From assembly GCA_047614125.1 (NCBI GenBank), contig JBLHHI010000001.1, forward strand, positions 1 through 63,296: DNA of 63,296 nt, written 5' to 3'. The translations under genes and the position numbers were made by a program. A model generated the notes under the pieces. The model had not been told where the DNA came from, did not search any database, and saw only the letters and a list, made by a program, of their open reading frames with translations. This DNA is from Bacteroidia bacterium (lineage in GTDB: Bacteria > Bacteroidota > Bacteroidia > NS11-12g > UBA9320). This document shows, in pieces, positions 8,382-18,168 of the stretch (its first letter is position 1; every line of letters starts with the position of its first letter).

Positions 8382-9695
8382 CTATCGCATTTCATCAGCT
8401 TTTTGCACCATGTGCTCATACACTGCCCGCCAACCCATCCAACGGTCGTCTTCACTCAACGATTCGTTGTGCCATAAACTAATGGCCAAACCACCTACTT
8501 CTTTAACAACTTCCAACACCTCATCAATGTGATTCATCGCTTGGTTAGGCTGCAAGCGGTAATAATGCAAAGGGGTTACATCCATTAAACAAAATGGAAA
8601 ACAACGCAAGTTTGTAACCGTCTCTTTCTCAAAGTTATAGTATAAAAATGAAGATGCAAGTCCCGCCCTAAAGCCGTGGTGCGATGTATATCCGCAGGTG
8701 TAATCTTCCGTTATTCCGTTGGCAATCAGTCGTTTGTATGTAGTAGGCAATTTCATACGAAGAAAGTGCTGTCTGCTTAAATGTACTTTTTGCTCGGTAA
8801 TTGATTCCAGCGCATCAATCTCTGATTTTAATCGATGGGCTTCCACGTCATTCGATCGGTAGGATGGGTGAACCCCAAGTTTATGTTTTTCGGCCAAGTT
8901 TGAAATGAGCGATCGAAATACCTTTTTCTTTGCGGATGTGTTTTTATCAAAAGCCCCATATCTACCCACTTGAAAGAAATAGGTTACATCCGTGGTATGA
9001 GTTAAATGCAAGGTGTTTTGATAGTTAAAGTTAAAAAATGGGTCTTCACCGCCGGCAAAAAGAATGGCAAGTCGTTGTTTAAATGCGCCTTCTTTAAAGG
9101 TGAAAATATCACGAACAAGTCCGCCAAACATCCGCTTAAACCCCTTAAATTTATACTTCCAAACCTGATCAACATCAATGGTTGACCGAAATTCGAAGCT
9201 ACGTGGTTTCAGTTCCAAAGTGGGAAATCGAGCTTGAAATTGCTCACCAAGTTCTCGAGCCCAATAATTAACTAAAGGAAGATGGAGGATGTTTAATTGC
9301 ACCAAACAACTTGCTTCGGGCGGAAAGCGTTTGTGCGCATCTTCATCATAGGGCAAGTGTTCTTCATACCTACTTACAAGGTAAAAGGCCGCAGCAAAAG
9401 GGTCGAAGTCTTCTTCATCCAACAAAAGATGTGGAATGCTTCGATCTGAATCATCGCCCAAGTGGGCTTCAACTGATCTTAAATCATGTTCAAAAAGAAG
9501 CTTGGATGGATGAATATGGATGGAACCTTCCACTTCGTTTTCTGAATACGATATGCCGGCTTGGTTGACGGCTAATTTTGCATTTTTAAAGTTAATGATC
9601 TCAAAATCAATACCTAACAGTTCTTTTAAGACTACATCCGCAATGTATTGCAATCGGGCTGATGGTTGATCCGTGAAGATTTTAACTGAATTCAT
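8382..9695 (-). CDS. Hypothetical protein (possibly polysaccharide-deacetylase-like; the function call is weak)
   Basis: A 437-aa uninterrupted ORF, tightly packed (3 nt) upstream of the downstream pterin dehydratase gene. It has HPSYRS and WHNESL segments. No signal peptide was seen. Confidence 0.6.
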   Translation of the reverse strand: MNSVKIFTDQPSARLQYIADVVLKELLGIDFEIINFKNAKLAVNQAGISYSENEVEGSIHIHPSKLLFEHDLRSVEAHLGDDSDRSIPHLLLDEEDFDPFAAAFYLVSRYEEHLPYDEDAHKRFPPEASCLVQLNILHLPLVNYWARELGEQFQARFPTLELKPRSFEFRSTIDVDQVWKYKFKGFKRMFGGLVRDIFTFKEGAFKQRLAILFAGGEDPFFNFNYQNTLHLTHTTDVTYFFQVGRYGAFDKNTSAKKKVFRSLISNLAEKHKLGVHPSYRSNDVEAHRLKSEIDALESITEQKVHLSRQHFLRMKLPTTYKRLIANGITEDYTCGYTSHHGFRAGLASSFLYYNFEKETVTNLRCFPFCLMDVTPLHYYRLQPNQAMNHIDEVLEVVKEVGGLAISLWHNESLSEDDRWMGWRAVYEHMVQKADEMR

Positions 9696-9697
9696 TC

Positions 9698-9943
9698 TTA
9701 CTTTGACAGCGCATTAAATTGTCGATCCATTTCATCAGCAAGTGCATTATCCTTTGCAGTAACCGTGTTGCCTGCATCGTGTGTAGTTAGACTCACTTCC
9801 ACCCAATTATAAACGTTTTTCCATTCTGGATGATGGTTGGTTTTTGATATAAACGGAACCATGTTTTGCATCCACTCCGTGGCTTGTTCAAAAGAAGAAA
9901 AGGTAAATTTTTTACTTAGTTGTTCATCGGTACGATTCCACAT
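9698..9943 (-). CDS. 4a-hydroxytetrahydrobiopterin (pterin-4-alpha-carbinolamine) dehydratase
   Basis: 81 aa. It has the family core HHPEW-NVYN-V-V-LTTHD. Confidence 0.9.
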   Translation of the reverse strand: MWNRTDEQLSKKFTFSSFEQATEWMQNMVPFISKTNHHPEWKNVYNWVEVSLTTHDAGNTVTAKDNALADEMDRQFNALSK

Positions 9944-9963
9944 AGTTCTTTTTGTTAACGGTG

Positions 9964-11706
9964 TTAATTCCGTGCAATTTTAACATATGTTGGTTGGTTG
10001 TTCACCATAAGCTCAACAATGTAAAGTCCGGGCACCATATAATTGGGCGAAATATAGGAAAACTCATCCAACGTTTTGTATGAGTAAATCACTTTTCCAT
10101 CCAAACCATATACACGCACAGAAAGCTCTGATAATGTGCTATTTACCACGGTCAATTCATCCAAACCAGCGGCAAAGGCAGATGAATTTAGGACGGAAAC
10201 ACCATTGAGCAAATTTGAGTGCTCAATGAGACTCGAATGCGTTAATATATTATAATCTTCAAAACAACTGAACAAAGGACCACGGTGTTTTTTGTTGTAA
10301 ATAATTGAATCCAATCTCAAAATGATTGCCGCCATTTGTGGCATTGAAGCACCAGAACTTTGATAATACAAATGCTCTAATACCAAAGTGTCTGTTACCC
10401 CTCGGCCCAACTTGTCGTAAATGCACATCAATGGGCTCGACCAAAGTTCTCGGTTTGCATTGGTACTGTTTTCTAGGTCGGTTGGATAGCGTTTTTGGAC
10501 ATCTGTGCGCACGCCATTCCAAAACTCATTGTGTCCATCCCAATTAAAAACTGCACTTCGGCCAAAAGATTCGTATTGCAAAGAGTACGAGGTACTTATG
10601 TAATCGCAGTTGGCTTCTTCCATCGCTGCTCGTTCCTTTCCAGATACGGTATTTGGACTTGCTGCAAAAGAAAGAGCGTGTCCAAATTCATGTAAAACAA
10701 CTTCTCCGTCTTCCGCGTCATCAACCCCGCCTTCTCCAAATTCCAACTCAAGTGGATAGATGTTGTAGTTAAATGAACTTTCATCACCTCCACCATACGC
10801 GTGTGCATCAATGAGTAGGGTATCGGGCAGAAGTGATTCAAAACCAATGCTTTGGAGATAATCGGAATAGGTAGTTAGATGAAAAAATACATTCACATCT
10901 TCAAAGCCATTTTGGCTGCGCGTGAAATAAAAGGTATCGTTCGTACTAAACGTTTGAGGAGTTTTCGGATCGCTTACATGTCCAAATAAGTATCGATCCG
11001 ATTTTAACCAAAATGTATCGTTAACGAATCGCGCTTTCATTTTTACCCACTTTTGCTCGGCAAGCAATTCCGGCACATCGCTGTCGTTTGCGTCTGTATA
11101 AGGTGCTCCATATAATTTGCCGGCTGAGTTGAGCGGGTTTACTAAAAAAACGCTCGCATGTACCAGGGAATCCGGGGCATGAAAGAAAAGTTTGGACGGT
11201 TCGGATGCAATGATCATTTCACCAACTTGTATCTGCTGTGTGGCGTATTTATCGTTCAAAATGCGCACTTCGGCAAGCTTCCAACCCACGTTGGTTTGAA
11301 CCCACTGACTATTTTTAGCAGCCTTAAAATCAGATACTTCAGCCCTAATTATGGACGAATTGTCTTGTATTAAAAAGAGCTGTCCCGAAGGATTTATATG
11401 CGCCTTAATCTCAACGTTAAGCATTGCATAACCCTGATAAATAACTTGGTAGGTGTAATGCCTTCCTGTTAAACTCGATACTTGATGTGTGAGTTGTAAT
11501 TGATACTCTGGATTTTGAAATAAAGATTGACTTTGCAAAAGATGGTTGGTAAGTTCGGCAGACTCCAAGATGATCGGACCCTGAACATACGACATGTGTG
11601 CGGGTTGTTGAACAACGTTCGAAAAAATCGAACTTGGACGTTGCGCAAATGATGCATATGCAACAATAAATAACAGATGTAAACCAATGAATCTCAAAGC
11701 CTTCAA
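9964..11706 (-). CDS. Secreted zinc metalloprotease (HExxH) with a T9SS C-terminal sorting domain
   Basis: 580 aa with a TTG start. It has a signal peptide ending ASFAQ and the zinc motif VLHEFGHAL. The C-terminal ~80 aa has the Por-secretion-tail pattern (VRVYGLDGKVIY ... GLYIVELMVNNQPTYVKIARN). Confidence 0.75.
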   Translation of the reverse strand: MKALRFIGLHLLFIVAYASFAQRPSSIFSNVVQQPAHMSYVQGPIILESAELTNHLLQSQSLFQNPEYQLQLTHQVSSLTGRHYTYQVIYQGYAMLNVEIKAHINPSGQLFLIQDNSSIIRAEVSDFKAAKNSQWVQTNVGWKLAEVRILNDKYATQQIQVGEMIIASEPSKLFFHAPDSLVHASVFLVNPLNSAGKLYGAPYTDANDSDVPELLAEQKWVKMKARFVNDTFWLKSDRYLFGHVSDPKTPQTFSTNDTFYFTRSQNGFEDVNVFFHLTTYSDYLQSIGFESLLPDTLLIDAHAYGGGDESSFNYNIYPLELEFGEGGVDDAEDGEVVLHEFGHALSFAASPNTVSGKERAAMEEANCDYISTSYSLQYESFGRSAVFNWDGHNEFWNGVRTDVQKRYPTDLENSTNANRELWSSPLMCIYDKLGRGVTDTLVLEHLYYQSSGASMPQMAAIILRLDSIIYNKKHRGPLFSCFEDYNILTHSSLIEHSNLLNGVSVLNSSAFAAGLDELTVVNSTLSELSVRVYGLDGKVIYSYKTLDEFSYISPNYMVPGLYIVELMVNNQPTYVKIARN

Positions 11707-11721
11707 TAATTAAAAGTAAAA

Positions 11722-12357
11722 TTAAACCAAATTGGTCTCAAAAGAAAAGATGTTGGGTAAATCTTCCAACATCTTTTTAATGTTTTCCCATTCCGAAATC
11801 TTTACCTCCATGGTAAAATCCGATCCAACTACAACGGGAGCTAGTAACACATTGACGCCATATCTTGAGGCAAATTCATAGACCTTATAATCCAGTTTTT
11901 CGGTAGATTTAAGACGGAAGCGGATCATGGGTTCTTTAACCACTCTTGTTGCGGCATCCAAGCACAATCGAGCGGCTTCGCCATAGGCTTCAATCAATCC
12001 CGGAACTCCCAGTTTTTTACCGCCGAAATAACGTACCACTACGACTAATACATTGGTAATATTGGCGGCCTGGATCGCACGGTAAATGGGGGCCCCAGCT
12101 GAATTTCCTGGTTCTCCATCATCATTTATTCGGAAATTTCCTCCATCTTTTCCCAACTGATAAGCAAAGCAATGGTGTGAGGCATCGGGATATATTTCGC
12201 GCAAACCATTCAACTCGGTTTTAACATCATCTTCGGATGAAACTGGATAAGCAAAGCCAAAGAACTTACTGTTTTGCTGTTTATACAAAGCTTCCGAATT
12301 GGAGGCTATGGAGGTAAATTGATATGAATTGTGTTCAGCTTCCAAAAATATTTCCAA
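11722..12357 (-). CDS. IMPACT/YigZ family protein
   Basis: 211 aa. It has SKFFGFAYPV, HHCFAY, DDGEPGNSAG and VVVVRYFGGKKLG segments typical of UPF0029/YigZ. Confidence 0.8.
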   Translation of the reverse strand: MEIFLEAEHNSYQFTSIASNSEALYKQQNSKFFGFAYPVSSEDDVKTELNGLREIYPDASHHCFAYQLGKDGGNFRINDDGEPGNSAGAPIYRAIQAANITNVLVVVVRYFGGKKLGVPGLIEAYGEAARLCLDAATRVVKEPMIRFRLKSTEKLDYKVYEFASRYGVNVLLAPVVVGSDFTMEVKISEWENIKKMLEDLPNIFSFETNLV

Positions 12358-13210
12358 TAATTATTATGGCGGCAACGGCCATACCAATACCAACCATGTT
12401 TTTGGTGGAAAGTTTTTCTCGAAATAATAGTACCGACAAAATGGTGGAGAGCACCACAATTCCTATGTTGTTAATTGGAAAAATTTGGGCCGTTGTTAAC
12501 GACCAGTTTTTTAAGTGTAACGTTCTGAATATGAAGTAAATACTGAAATAATTTGGCACGCCTAAGGCAATGCCCGCTACCACATTCCGCTTTGTAAATT
12601 GGAGCTTTCCTTTATTATTAAAAAGGTGCAGGATGAATCCTAAGATGCCAGCAGTTGCAAAAATAAAGAGCACTGGAACGTTGTCGTTTACTTCTGGTGG
12701 AAGAATAGTTTCAATGTATTTAAGTGTGATATCGATGCATCCCGAACCTATGAAAACCAAGAAGGGTAGGAGGTGAATGGCGCGTTTTCCAAAAGTAGAC
12801 TGCTTCTTCACAGAGGTAAGAAATACGCTGATTAGACTCAGAATAATTCCAACATAAACCCAACTGGAAACCAGCTCACGCAAGAATACGATGCCAAATA
12901 GAACTGGGAAGACGACACCCATTTTAGCCGCCACTACAGCTACGCTAATGCCATACAATCGGGTGGTTTGTGCCATTCCTACAAATACAACGATGAATAA
13001 CAAACCAATTCCTAAAGAGAACCAAAGCCAACTCAAGGATGATGTGGTTTGCACGATTCCAACATCGGTGCCAACGGCCAAACCTGTTAAAACACATACG
13101 ATGTAATTAATGGTTATGGCTTGAGAATTATCGATGTGATATTTATCGAACAATTTAAAAATCAAGTTTATAACCGACGAAGCCAGAATGCTGAGAACGA
13201 GGTATATCAT
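12335..13210 (-). CDS. Multi-pass membrane protein, DMT/EamA-like transporter
   Basis: 291 aa, hydrophobic throughout (about 10 predicted helices). It has a 4-nt overlap with the ribD stop and a 23-nt overlap with yigZ. Confidence 0.65.
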   Translation of the reverse strand: MIYLVLSILASSVINLIFKLFDKYHIDNSQAITINYIVCVLTGLAVGTDVGIVQTTSSLSWLWFSLGIGLLFIVVFVGMAQTTRLYGISVAVVAAKMGVVFPVLFGIVFLRELVSSWVYVGIILSLISVFLTSVKKQSTFGKRAIHLLPFLVFIGSGCIDITLKYIETILPPEVNDNVPVLFIFATAGILGFILHLFNNKGKLQFTKRNVVAGIALGVPNYFSIYFIFRTLHLKNWSLTTAQIFPINNIGIVVLSTILSVLLFREKLSTKNMVGIGMAVAAIIIIGNIFGS

Positions 13211-14232
13211 GAATATTTACGAGTTATTTCAATGCAATCAGAGCCCAAATAATATGACTTAGAATTTGATTTCGTTTCCAATCTTGGGGCAACAATACCT
13301 TCTTGCCAAAGCTGTTTAGATGTAATTTTAACCACTTCGTCAAAGGCGTCTTCGTCTATGAAATGCTGCAGCGTTTTACTCCCGCCTTCCACCAAAATAC
13401 TTTGCAAGTCGGCTTGATGACAGTACCTAAATACTTGATTGATGATGGTTTCATAGGGGTTTAAAAACACGAATGTGGTATTCGGTCGACCCTTTTTTTC
13501 GGCAGATTTGGTGAAAATAAGGTTCTTTCCTCCATCCGTAAAAAGAGCAAGATCCGAACGAAGTAGGTTCTCTTTGTCTAGGATGATCCGAACAGGGCTG
13601 GACCCAAACCAATGCCGAACATTGAGTTTTGGATTGTCGAAATTTGCGGTGACGTTTCCAATCAAAATGGCTTGGTGGCTGGCTCGAAGTTGATGAACGA
13701 GTATATTACTCAACGAATTACTAATGGACTTATATAGATGATTTTGTTCATCACTTCTTCCAATAAATCCATCAATGGTTTGCGCCCATTTCAACGTCAC
13801 ATAGGGACGCGATTTTTCATGAAAGGTGAAAAATTTTCGATTTAAAAAACGTCCTTCCATTTCCAAGATTCCAACTTCTACCTCAATTCCAGCATCTCGC
13901 AATTTTCGAATGCCTTTCCCCGCCACTTTTTCGTGCGGATCGGTGTTGCAAATCACCACCTTGGATATTCCACTTTTTATAATCAAGTTGGCACATGGAG
14001 GGGTTTTACCATGGTGGGAGCAAGGTTCCAAATTAACATATAAGGTGCTGTTTTTTAATGCGTTGTGATCCAGAATACGGGCAATTGCCTCCACTTCGGC
14101 ATGTGCTTGTCCAAAGGCATGATGATATCCTTCTCCAAGTATTTTTCCTTCCAACACAATTACACAGCCAACGAGTGGGTTTGATTGCACTTGCCCAGCG
14201 CCAAGCTCGGCGAGCTGTAAACATCTTTTCAT
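13207..14232 (-). CDS. ribD: Bifunctional riboflavin biosynthesis protein RibD (pyrimidine deaminase / uracil reductase)
   Basis: It has the deaminase zinc motifs HAEVEA and PCSHHGKTPPC plus a C-terminal reductase domain. I prefer the start MKRCLQLA at 14232 over the ORF-track start at 14298. Confidence 0.9.
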   Translation of the reverse strand: MKRCLQLAELGAGQVQSNPLVGCVIVLEGKILGEGYHHAFGQAHAEVEAIARILDHNALKNSTLYVNLEPCSHHGKTPPCANLIIKSGISKVVICNTDPHEKVAGKGIRKLRDAGIEVEVGILEMEGRFLNRKFFTFHEKSRPYVTLKWAQTIDGFIGRSDEQNHLYKSISNSLSNILVHQLRASHQAILIGNVTANFDNPKLNVRHWFGSSPVRIILDKENLLRSDLALFTDGGKNLIFTKSAEKKGRPNTTFVFLNPYETIINQVFRYCHQADLQSILVEGGSKTLQHFIDEDAFDEVVKITSKQLWQEGIVAPRLETKSNSKSYYLGSDCIEITRKYS

Positions 14233-14280
14233 CCATACGTGGTGCGCGTTGTGAGTCAAAATCGGTAATTTCGACCGCAA

Positions 14281-15156
14281 ATGTATCCAACATTTCAAGA
14301 CTTTAAGTTGTGGTTTTCAGAGCGATTGAAGAATCTGTTTTCCGAAACGGAAACATCATTTTTATTTAATATCTTGTTGGAAGAAGTCTGTGGCGTAACA
14401 AAAATCAATTATTTGATGGATCCTACTGTTTTAATCACAGGTGAACAAATGGTTTTGTTGGATCGGGTGGTAACCCGTCTATTACAAAACGAGCCATGGC
14501 AGTACATTTTTAATAAAGCATATTTCTTGGGGAACGAATACAGCGTAAATTCAGGTGTGTTAATTCCTCGTCCAGAGACCGAAGAGCTAGTGCAATGGAT
14601 CTTTGACGATTACCGAAACTCGAGCAAAGCTGGACTGCATGTGTTGGACATAGGCACAGGCAGCGGTATCATACCCATCTCATGTAAGCAACGGTTTCCT
14701 AGTTGGAACGTACGTGGATGCGATGTTTCAGATCGAGCCTTAAAAGTGGCCAGACTTAATGCGCAAAACATATTAAAAGAAGCCTCTACTGTAGATTTTT
14801 ATTTAGAGGACATTTTAAAACCCAAACGGTTTTTCAATCCACCCATCGATGTTCTGGTCAGCAATCCACCGTACGTATTAATTTCAGACAAGGCTAAAAT
14901 GTCGGAAAATGTCTTGGCTTTCGAACCGCATATTGCACTTTTTGTTCCAGACAATGACCCGTTGTTATTTTATCGAAAAATCATAGAATATGCCAATGAT
15001 GTGCTTTCTGAAACGGGTTGTATTTACTTCGAAACACATGAAGATTCTTCGCTTAAAGTTGGTTTGAAAAAATTATGTAACGCACTAAATTTCAATAACA
15101 TAGAATTTAAAACGGACCTGCAGCAACGACAACGGATGGCGAAGATTTGGAGGTAG
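14281..15156 (+). CDS. prmC: Peptide chain release factor N5-glutamine methyltransferase
   Basis: 291 aa. It has the SAM motif LDIGTGSG and the catalytic VSNPPYV (NPPY). Confidence 0.9.
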   Translation: MYPTFQDFKLWFSERLKNLFSETETSFLFNILLEEVCGVTKINYLMDPTVLITGEQMVLLDRVVTRLLQNEPWQYIFNKAYFLGNEYSVNSGVLIPRPETEELVQWIFDDYRNSSKAGLHVLDIGTGSGIIPISCKQRFPSWNVRGCDVSDRALKVARLNAQNILKEASTVDFYLEDILKPKRFFNPPIDVLVSNPPYVLISDKAKMSENVLAFEPHIALFVPDNDPLLFYRKIIEYANDVLSETGCIYFETHEDSSLKVGLKKLCNALNFNNIEFKTDLQQRQRMAKIWR

Positions 15157-15161
15157 GGTCT

Positions 15162-15752
15162 TTATTTTGCCTTACTCTCTTCTTCTTTCTTTCTCTCTCT
15201 TTCTAACATTTCCTTCTCGAACTCATCCACTATTCGCAGCGAGGTAGTGTCGTTTGGATTTTGGTCTAGCTTTAAACGAGCATCCAGATACTCAGGGTGG
15301 TCCGAGAAATGCCAATTATACAATGACTTTTGGGGAAGTAAGAAAAGTGTCAACCCCAAAATTCCAAAAGGTATTACTCTTTTTGCCAAACGCTTAAAAA
15401 TGACGTTATTATCTTTTTTGATCCAATAAATTGCTGCAGTCATGGATATGGCTAATCCAACAACACCCGATAACAACAATTCGAAGTCTGATTTCCACAT
15501 CATTAACTTAAACAAAATTCCCATTATCAGGGTCGACAAAGACAATCCAATTCCAATGCAAACTCCTATGTTCATAACAGATGCACTTTTTAACGGGTCT
15601 TCGTTAAAAAGTGGTACCGAACAGGAGAAATAGAACATCGAAAGCAAACCGAGCGATAACACTACAATAAAGGACCCGCCGGGTAGATTGAATAAGTAAA
15701 GCACAATGCCGATGAGAAATGGTACGATTAGAACTCTTTCAATTTTTTTCAT
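15162..15752 (-). CDS. Hypothetical membrane protein
   Basis: 196 aa with about 5 hydrophobic helices and a charged C-terminal tail (ERERKKEEESKAK). Confidence 0.6.
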   Translation of the reverse strand: MKKIERVLIVPFLIGIVLYLFNLPGGSFIVVLSLGLLSMFYFSCSVPLFNEDPLKSASVMNIGVCIGIGLSLSTLIMGILFKLMMWKSDFELLLSGVVGLAISMTAAIYWIKKDNNVIFKRLAKRVIPFGILGLTLFLLPQKSLYNWHFSDHPEYLDARLKLDQNPNDTTSLRIVDEFEKEMLERERKKEEESKAK

Positions 15753-15777
15753 ATTGTTTTAAACAGGTTGTTTACAC

Positions 15778-17040
15778 TTATTCTGGTTTAGAGAAATAGC
15801 TATTTCTAATTTTATTAAACATTTTTCTTCCAAAAAAAGGCAACCAAAGCAAAGCAAAAATCAACAACGATCTTAGTTGAAACCAAAGGGCCCAAAATTT
15901 TGAAGGTATTAATCCATTCTTTTTTGATGTTGCATAATCCGTTGCTCTGCCCCATGCAATAAATGCGTCAGCCATGGGCAGCGCACCTAAGATGTATGAT
16001 TTGCGTTTTTGGCTTGATCTACATGCACCAAAGGCATGAATCGTTTTATACAATTCATCTGCTTCGGTCCGATGATCATACATTGAAAGGGTTCCAATCA
16101 TCATTATTGTGGCTGAAAATCCTACATCAAAAATAACTGGCCCTGAATCAATATCTCCGTTTCCTGTAATTCCTATCGGGTATTCTCGTACGGATGGTAA
16201 TCCGAATGTAGTTGTAAGAAACGAACGCTTCATAAACTCAAATTGATCTTTGCCAAACTTCGGGTCAATGTCACCCAACATCCTTAAGATCAGACCGATA
16301 GAAGAACCTCGAGCACCTTCTTCAATGGCACCTTTTGTGAGCCCGTCTACCTTATGAGGAACCAAATCCGTAAATGGATCAAGCCATTGTTTCACATCTT
16401 CCATCCAAGCATCCAAAGCGGATTTATATCTGGGTTCAAAAACACGGTTGTAATTACTTAATGAGGCCATCGCCACAAATTGATCTCCTGGCCAAAACTG
16501 ATTTCCATAAGATGCCAAGTATGGCGTTGATGAACGTTCCATGGCCAAAGATATTTCTTGGCTTTGTGCTTTAAAAGTGTGGATGAACAATCCAGCATTC
16601 TCAAAGCTGGTATCAACCAAAAGTATTTTGGAAAGGAGGTAATTTCTCCATCCGCAATAAAAAATTCCAAATTCTGGTTCCAATCCGCTGTGAAAGGTGG
16701 CCTGAGCTAGCGAACTATTAATTTCATTAAAGGAATAAAGAGCTTCAGCTAAAGCTCTTTGTTTCACAATTTCGTCGGTTGAGTCGCCCAATGCCAATTC
16801 ACACCAGCTCAGGCCGTACAAGGCATTAACGAACATTAAACCTTCAGGGAAAAGGTTTTGCATTCGAGTGCCTAAGTCGTTGGTTTTTAGCTCATTTTCA
16901 AGAAAATTGAGCTGCTTTATTACATCACCTTTTTGGTTGCCGATTGAATTCGAACCTGTGTAGAGTTGCAAGTTGATCCATAAAATCACGATGGAAACTA
17001 TCGAAGCAACGGTTAACCAAAGATATTTGATGAATTTCAT
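15778..17040 (-). CDS. Hypothetical protein with N- and C-terminal membrane anchors and a large helical central domain
   Basis: A 420-aa ORF with an N-terminal TM (YLWLTVASIVSIVILWI) and a C-terminal TM (FWALWFQLRSLLIFALLWLPFF). I recognise no catalytic motif. Confidence 0.65.
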   Translation of the reverse strand: MKFIKYLWLTVASIVSIVILWINLQLYTGSNSIGNQKGDVIKQLNFLENELKTNDLGTRMQNLFPEGLMFVNALYGLSWCELALGDSTDEIVKQRALAEALYSFNEINSSLAQATFHSGLEPEFGIFYCGWRNYLLSKILLVDTSFENAGLFIHTFKAQSQEISLAMERSSTPYLASYGNQFWPGDQFVAMASLSNYNRVFEPRYKSALDAWMEDVKQWLDPFTDLVPHKVDGLTKGAIEEGARGSSIGLILRMLGDIDPKFGKDQFEFMKRSFLTTTFGLPSVREYPIGITGNGDIDSGPVIFDVGFSATIMMIGTLSMYDHRTEADELYKTIHAFGACRSSQKRKSYILGALPMADAFIAWGRATDYATSKKNGLIPSKFWALWFQLRSLLIFALLWLPFFGRKMFNKIRNSYFSKPE

Positions 17041-17173
17041 TTATAATTTTTATAACGAGCTAAAGGCTTATCAAAAGAACAGAACGAATTGTTGTAGAAA
17101 GTTGGTACTCAAGAGTGCATTTTTAGTTGATCCAGATCTTCTTTTCTAATCACGTAAGTTTTGATTGAACGAA

Positions 17174-17641
17174 TTACAAGTCGATTTTAAACAATCGACC
17201 ATCTATTGGAAAAGGGGAAATGTTAATTAGTCCAATTTTGTTGAGGTCGGGATGATGCGGGTTGATCAAATAATTAAAATCGCCAGCTACAACTGCGGAA
17301 GGAACTTTTAAAGCCAACGCTGATTTTGACTCAATAAACTTGTCCCCAAGCTTCATTGTCGATAATGGGCTTGGAAAAGCATTCCAATCTTTAGATAAGC
17401 TTGAAGTATCAAGAATGGCTATATGACAGTCATCCGAAATTTCAATTTCCATCATTACAAAATCACTCGGCAAGGTGGCAAAGCTTAGATGAACGGCCAC
17501 CTCAGCTAAGGCAAGTGCACGACTTTCTGCCGTATAAATCACTTCCGTTCCTTTCGAATTCCATCGATTATTTGATTGGGATGCACCTTTGCCGCTCAAT
17601 GCATTGGTGTATTTCTTTCTGCTGAGCCTGTAAACACGCAT
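17174..17641 (-). CDS. RES-domain toxin (NAD+-degrading MbcT/Res type)
   Basis: 155 aa. The R-E-S signature context is NNRWNSKGTEVIYTAESRALALAE ... LKVPSAVV. Its ATG overlaps the upstream antitoxin stop by 1 nt (TAATG). Confidence 0.85.
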   Translation of the reverse strand: MRVYRLSRKKYTNALSGKGASQSNNRWNSKGTEVIYTAESRALALAEVAVHLSFATLPSDFVMMEIEISDDCHIAILDTSSLSKDWNAFPSPLSTMKLGDKFIESKSALALKVPSAVVAGDFNYLINPHHPDLNKIGLINISPFPIDGRLFKIDL

Positions 17642-18150
17642 TACACAAAAACCGCGTGCTCAATTTTGTTTAGCTCAGACATTACGAGCTCTTTGCCGTA
17701 CGAATCTTTTAAGAGTTCGAAGGGTTTCATCCGACTTAATGAAATTGAAGGTGTTTGAAGCCAAAGGTAGAATTGCTCGTTCGAATCAAACACTTGTGAG
17801 CCAAGTTGGGTTACTTCGGCAAGCTCAATGATTTTTTCTGTGTGAATGGACTTAAATACAAAGTTCTTTTCCTTTTTATTGCGCTGAAGTGTTTTGATTG
17901 ACACATCTAAATATTCTGCCCAATCATTTTCTGTAAATGGAGCCAAGTTCTTTATTAATTCGAATAAGGAATAAGGAATGCCATCTCGGATGGTGTGGAT
18001 GACCAACATTTTATTATGAAAAAAATTGGCGTAGCTCATGCCTGATGAGCGGAATGGTAATGCATTTGCGAGTGATACCTTGGAAGCATATACCCCGAAA
18101 GCTTCGTTTAACACGTTGATTTCTTGCTCGTTGGAATCAATGACTTTCAT
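17641..18150 (-). CDS. Xre/MbcA/ParS-type antitoxin (C-terminal DUF2384-like toxin-binding domain)
   Basis: 169 aa. It has an HTH-like segment WAEYLDVSIKTLQRNKK and a C-terminal FYLWLQTPSISLSRMKPFELL pattern typical of the family. It is paired with the RES toxin. Confidence 0.8.
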   Translation of the reverse strand: MKVIDSNEQEINVLNEAFGVYASKVSLANALPFRSSGMSYANFFHNKMLVIHTIRDGIPYSLFELIKNLAPFTENDWAEYLDVSIKTLQRNKKEKNFVFKSIHTEKIIELAEVTQLGSQVFDSNEQFYLWLQTPSISLSRMKPFELLKDSYGKELVMSELNKIEHAVFV

Positions 18151-18168
18151 TATTTAGACACTTGACTA

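Noticed and set aside
12554-12570. TGGCACG-N4-AGGCA, resembling a sigma-54 -24/-12 promoter
   Set aside because: The -12 element is AGGC rather than TTGC. The site lies inside and antisense to a membrane-protein CDS, with no downstream gene to drive.
14233-14280. Looked for an FMN riboswitch upstream of ribD
   Set aside because: Only 48 bp separate ribD from the divergent prmC, which is too short for the aptamer. No conserved FMN-element motifs were seen.
13207-15156. Apparent 18-nt head-to-head overlap of ribD and prmC in the ORF track
   Set aside because: It disappears when ribD starts at the conserved MKRCLQLA (14232). The upstream 22 codons are likely non-coding.
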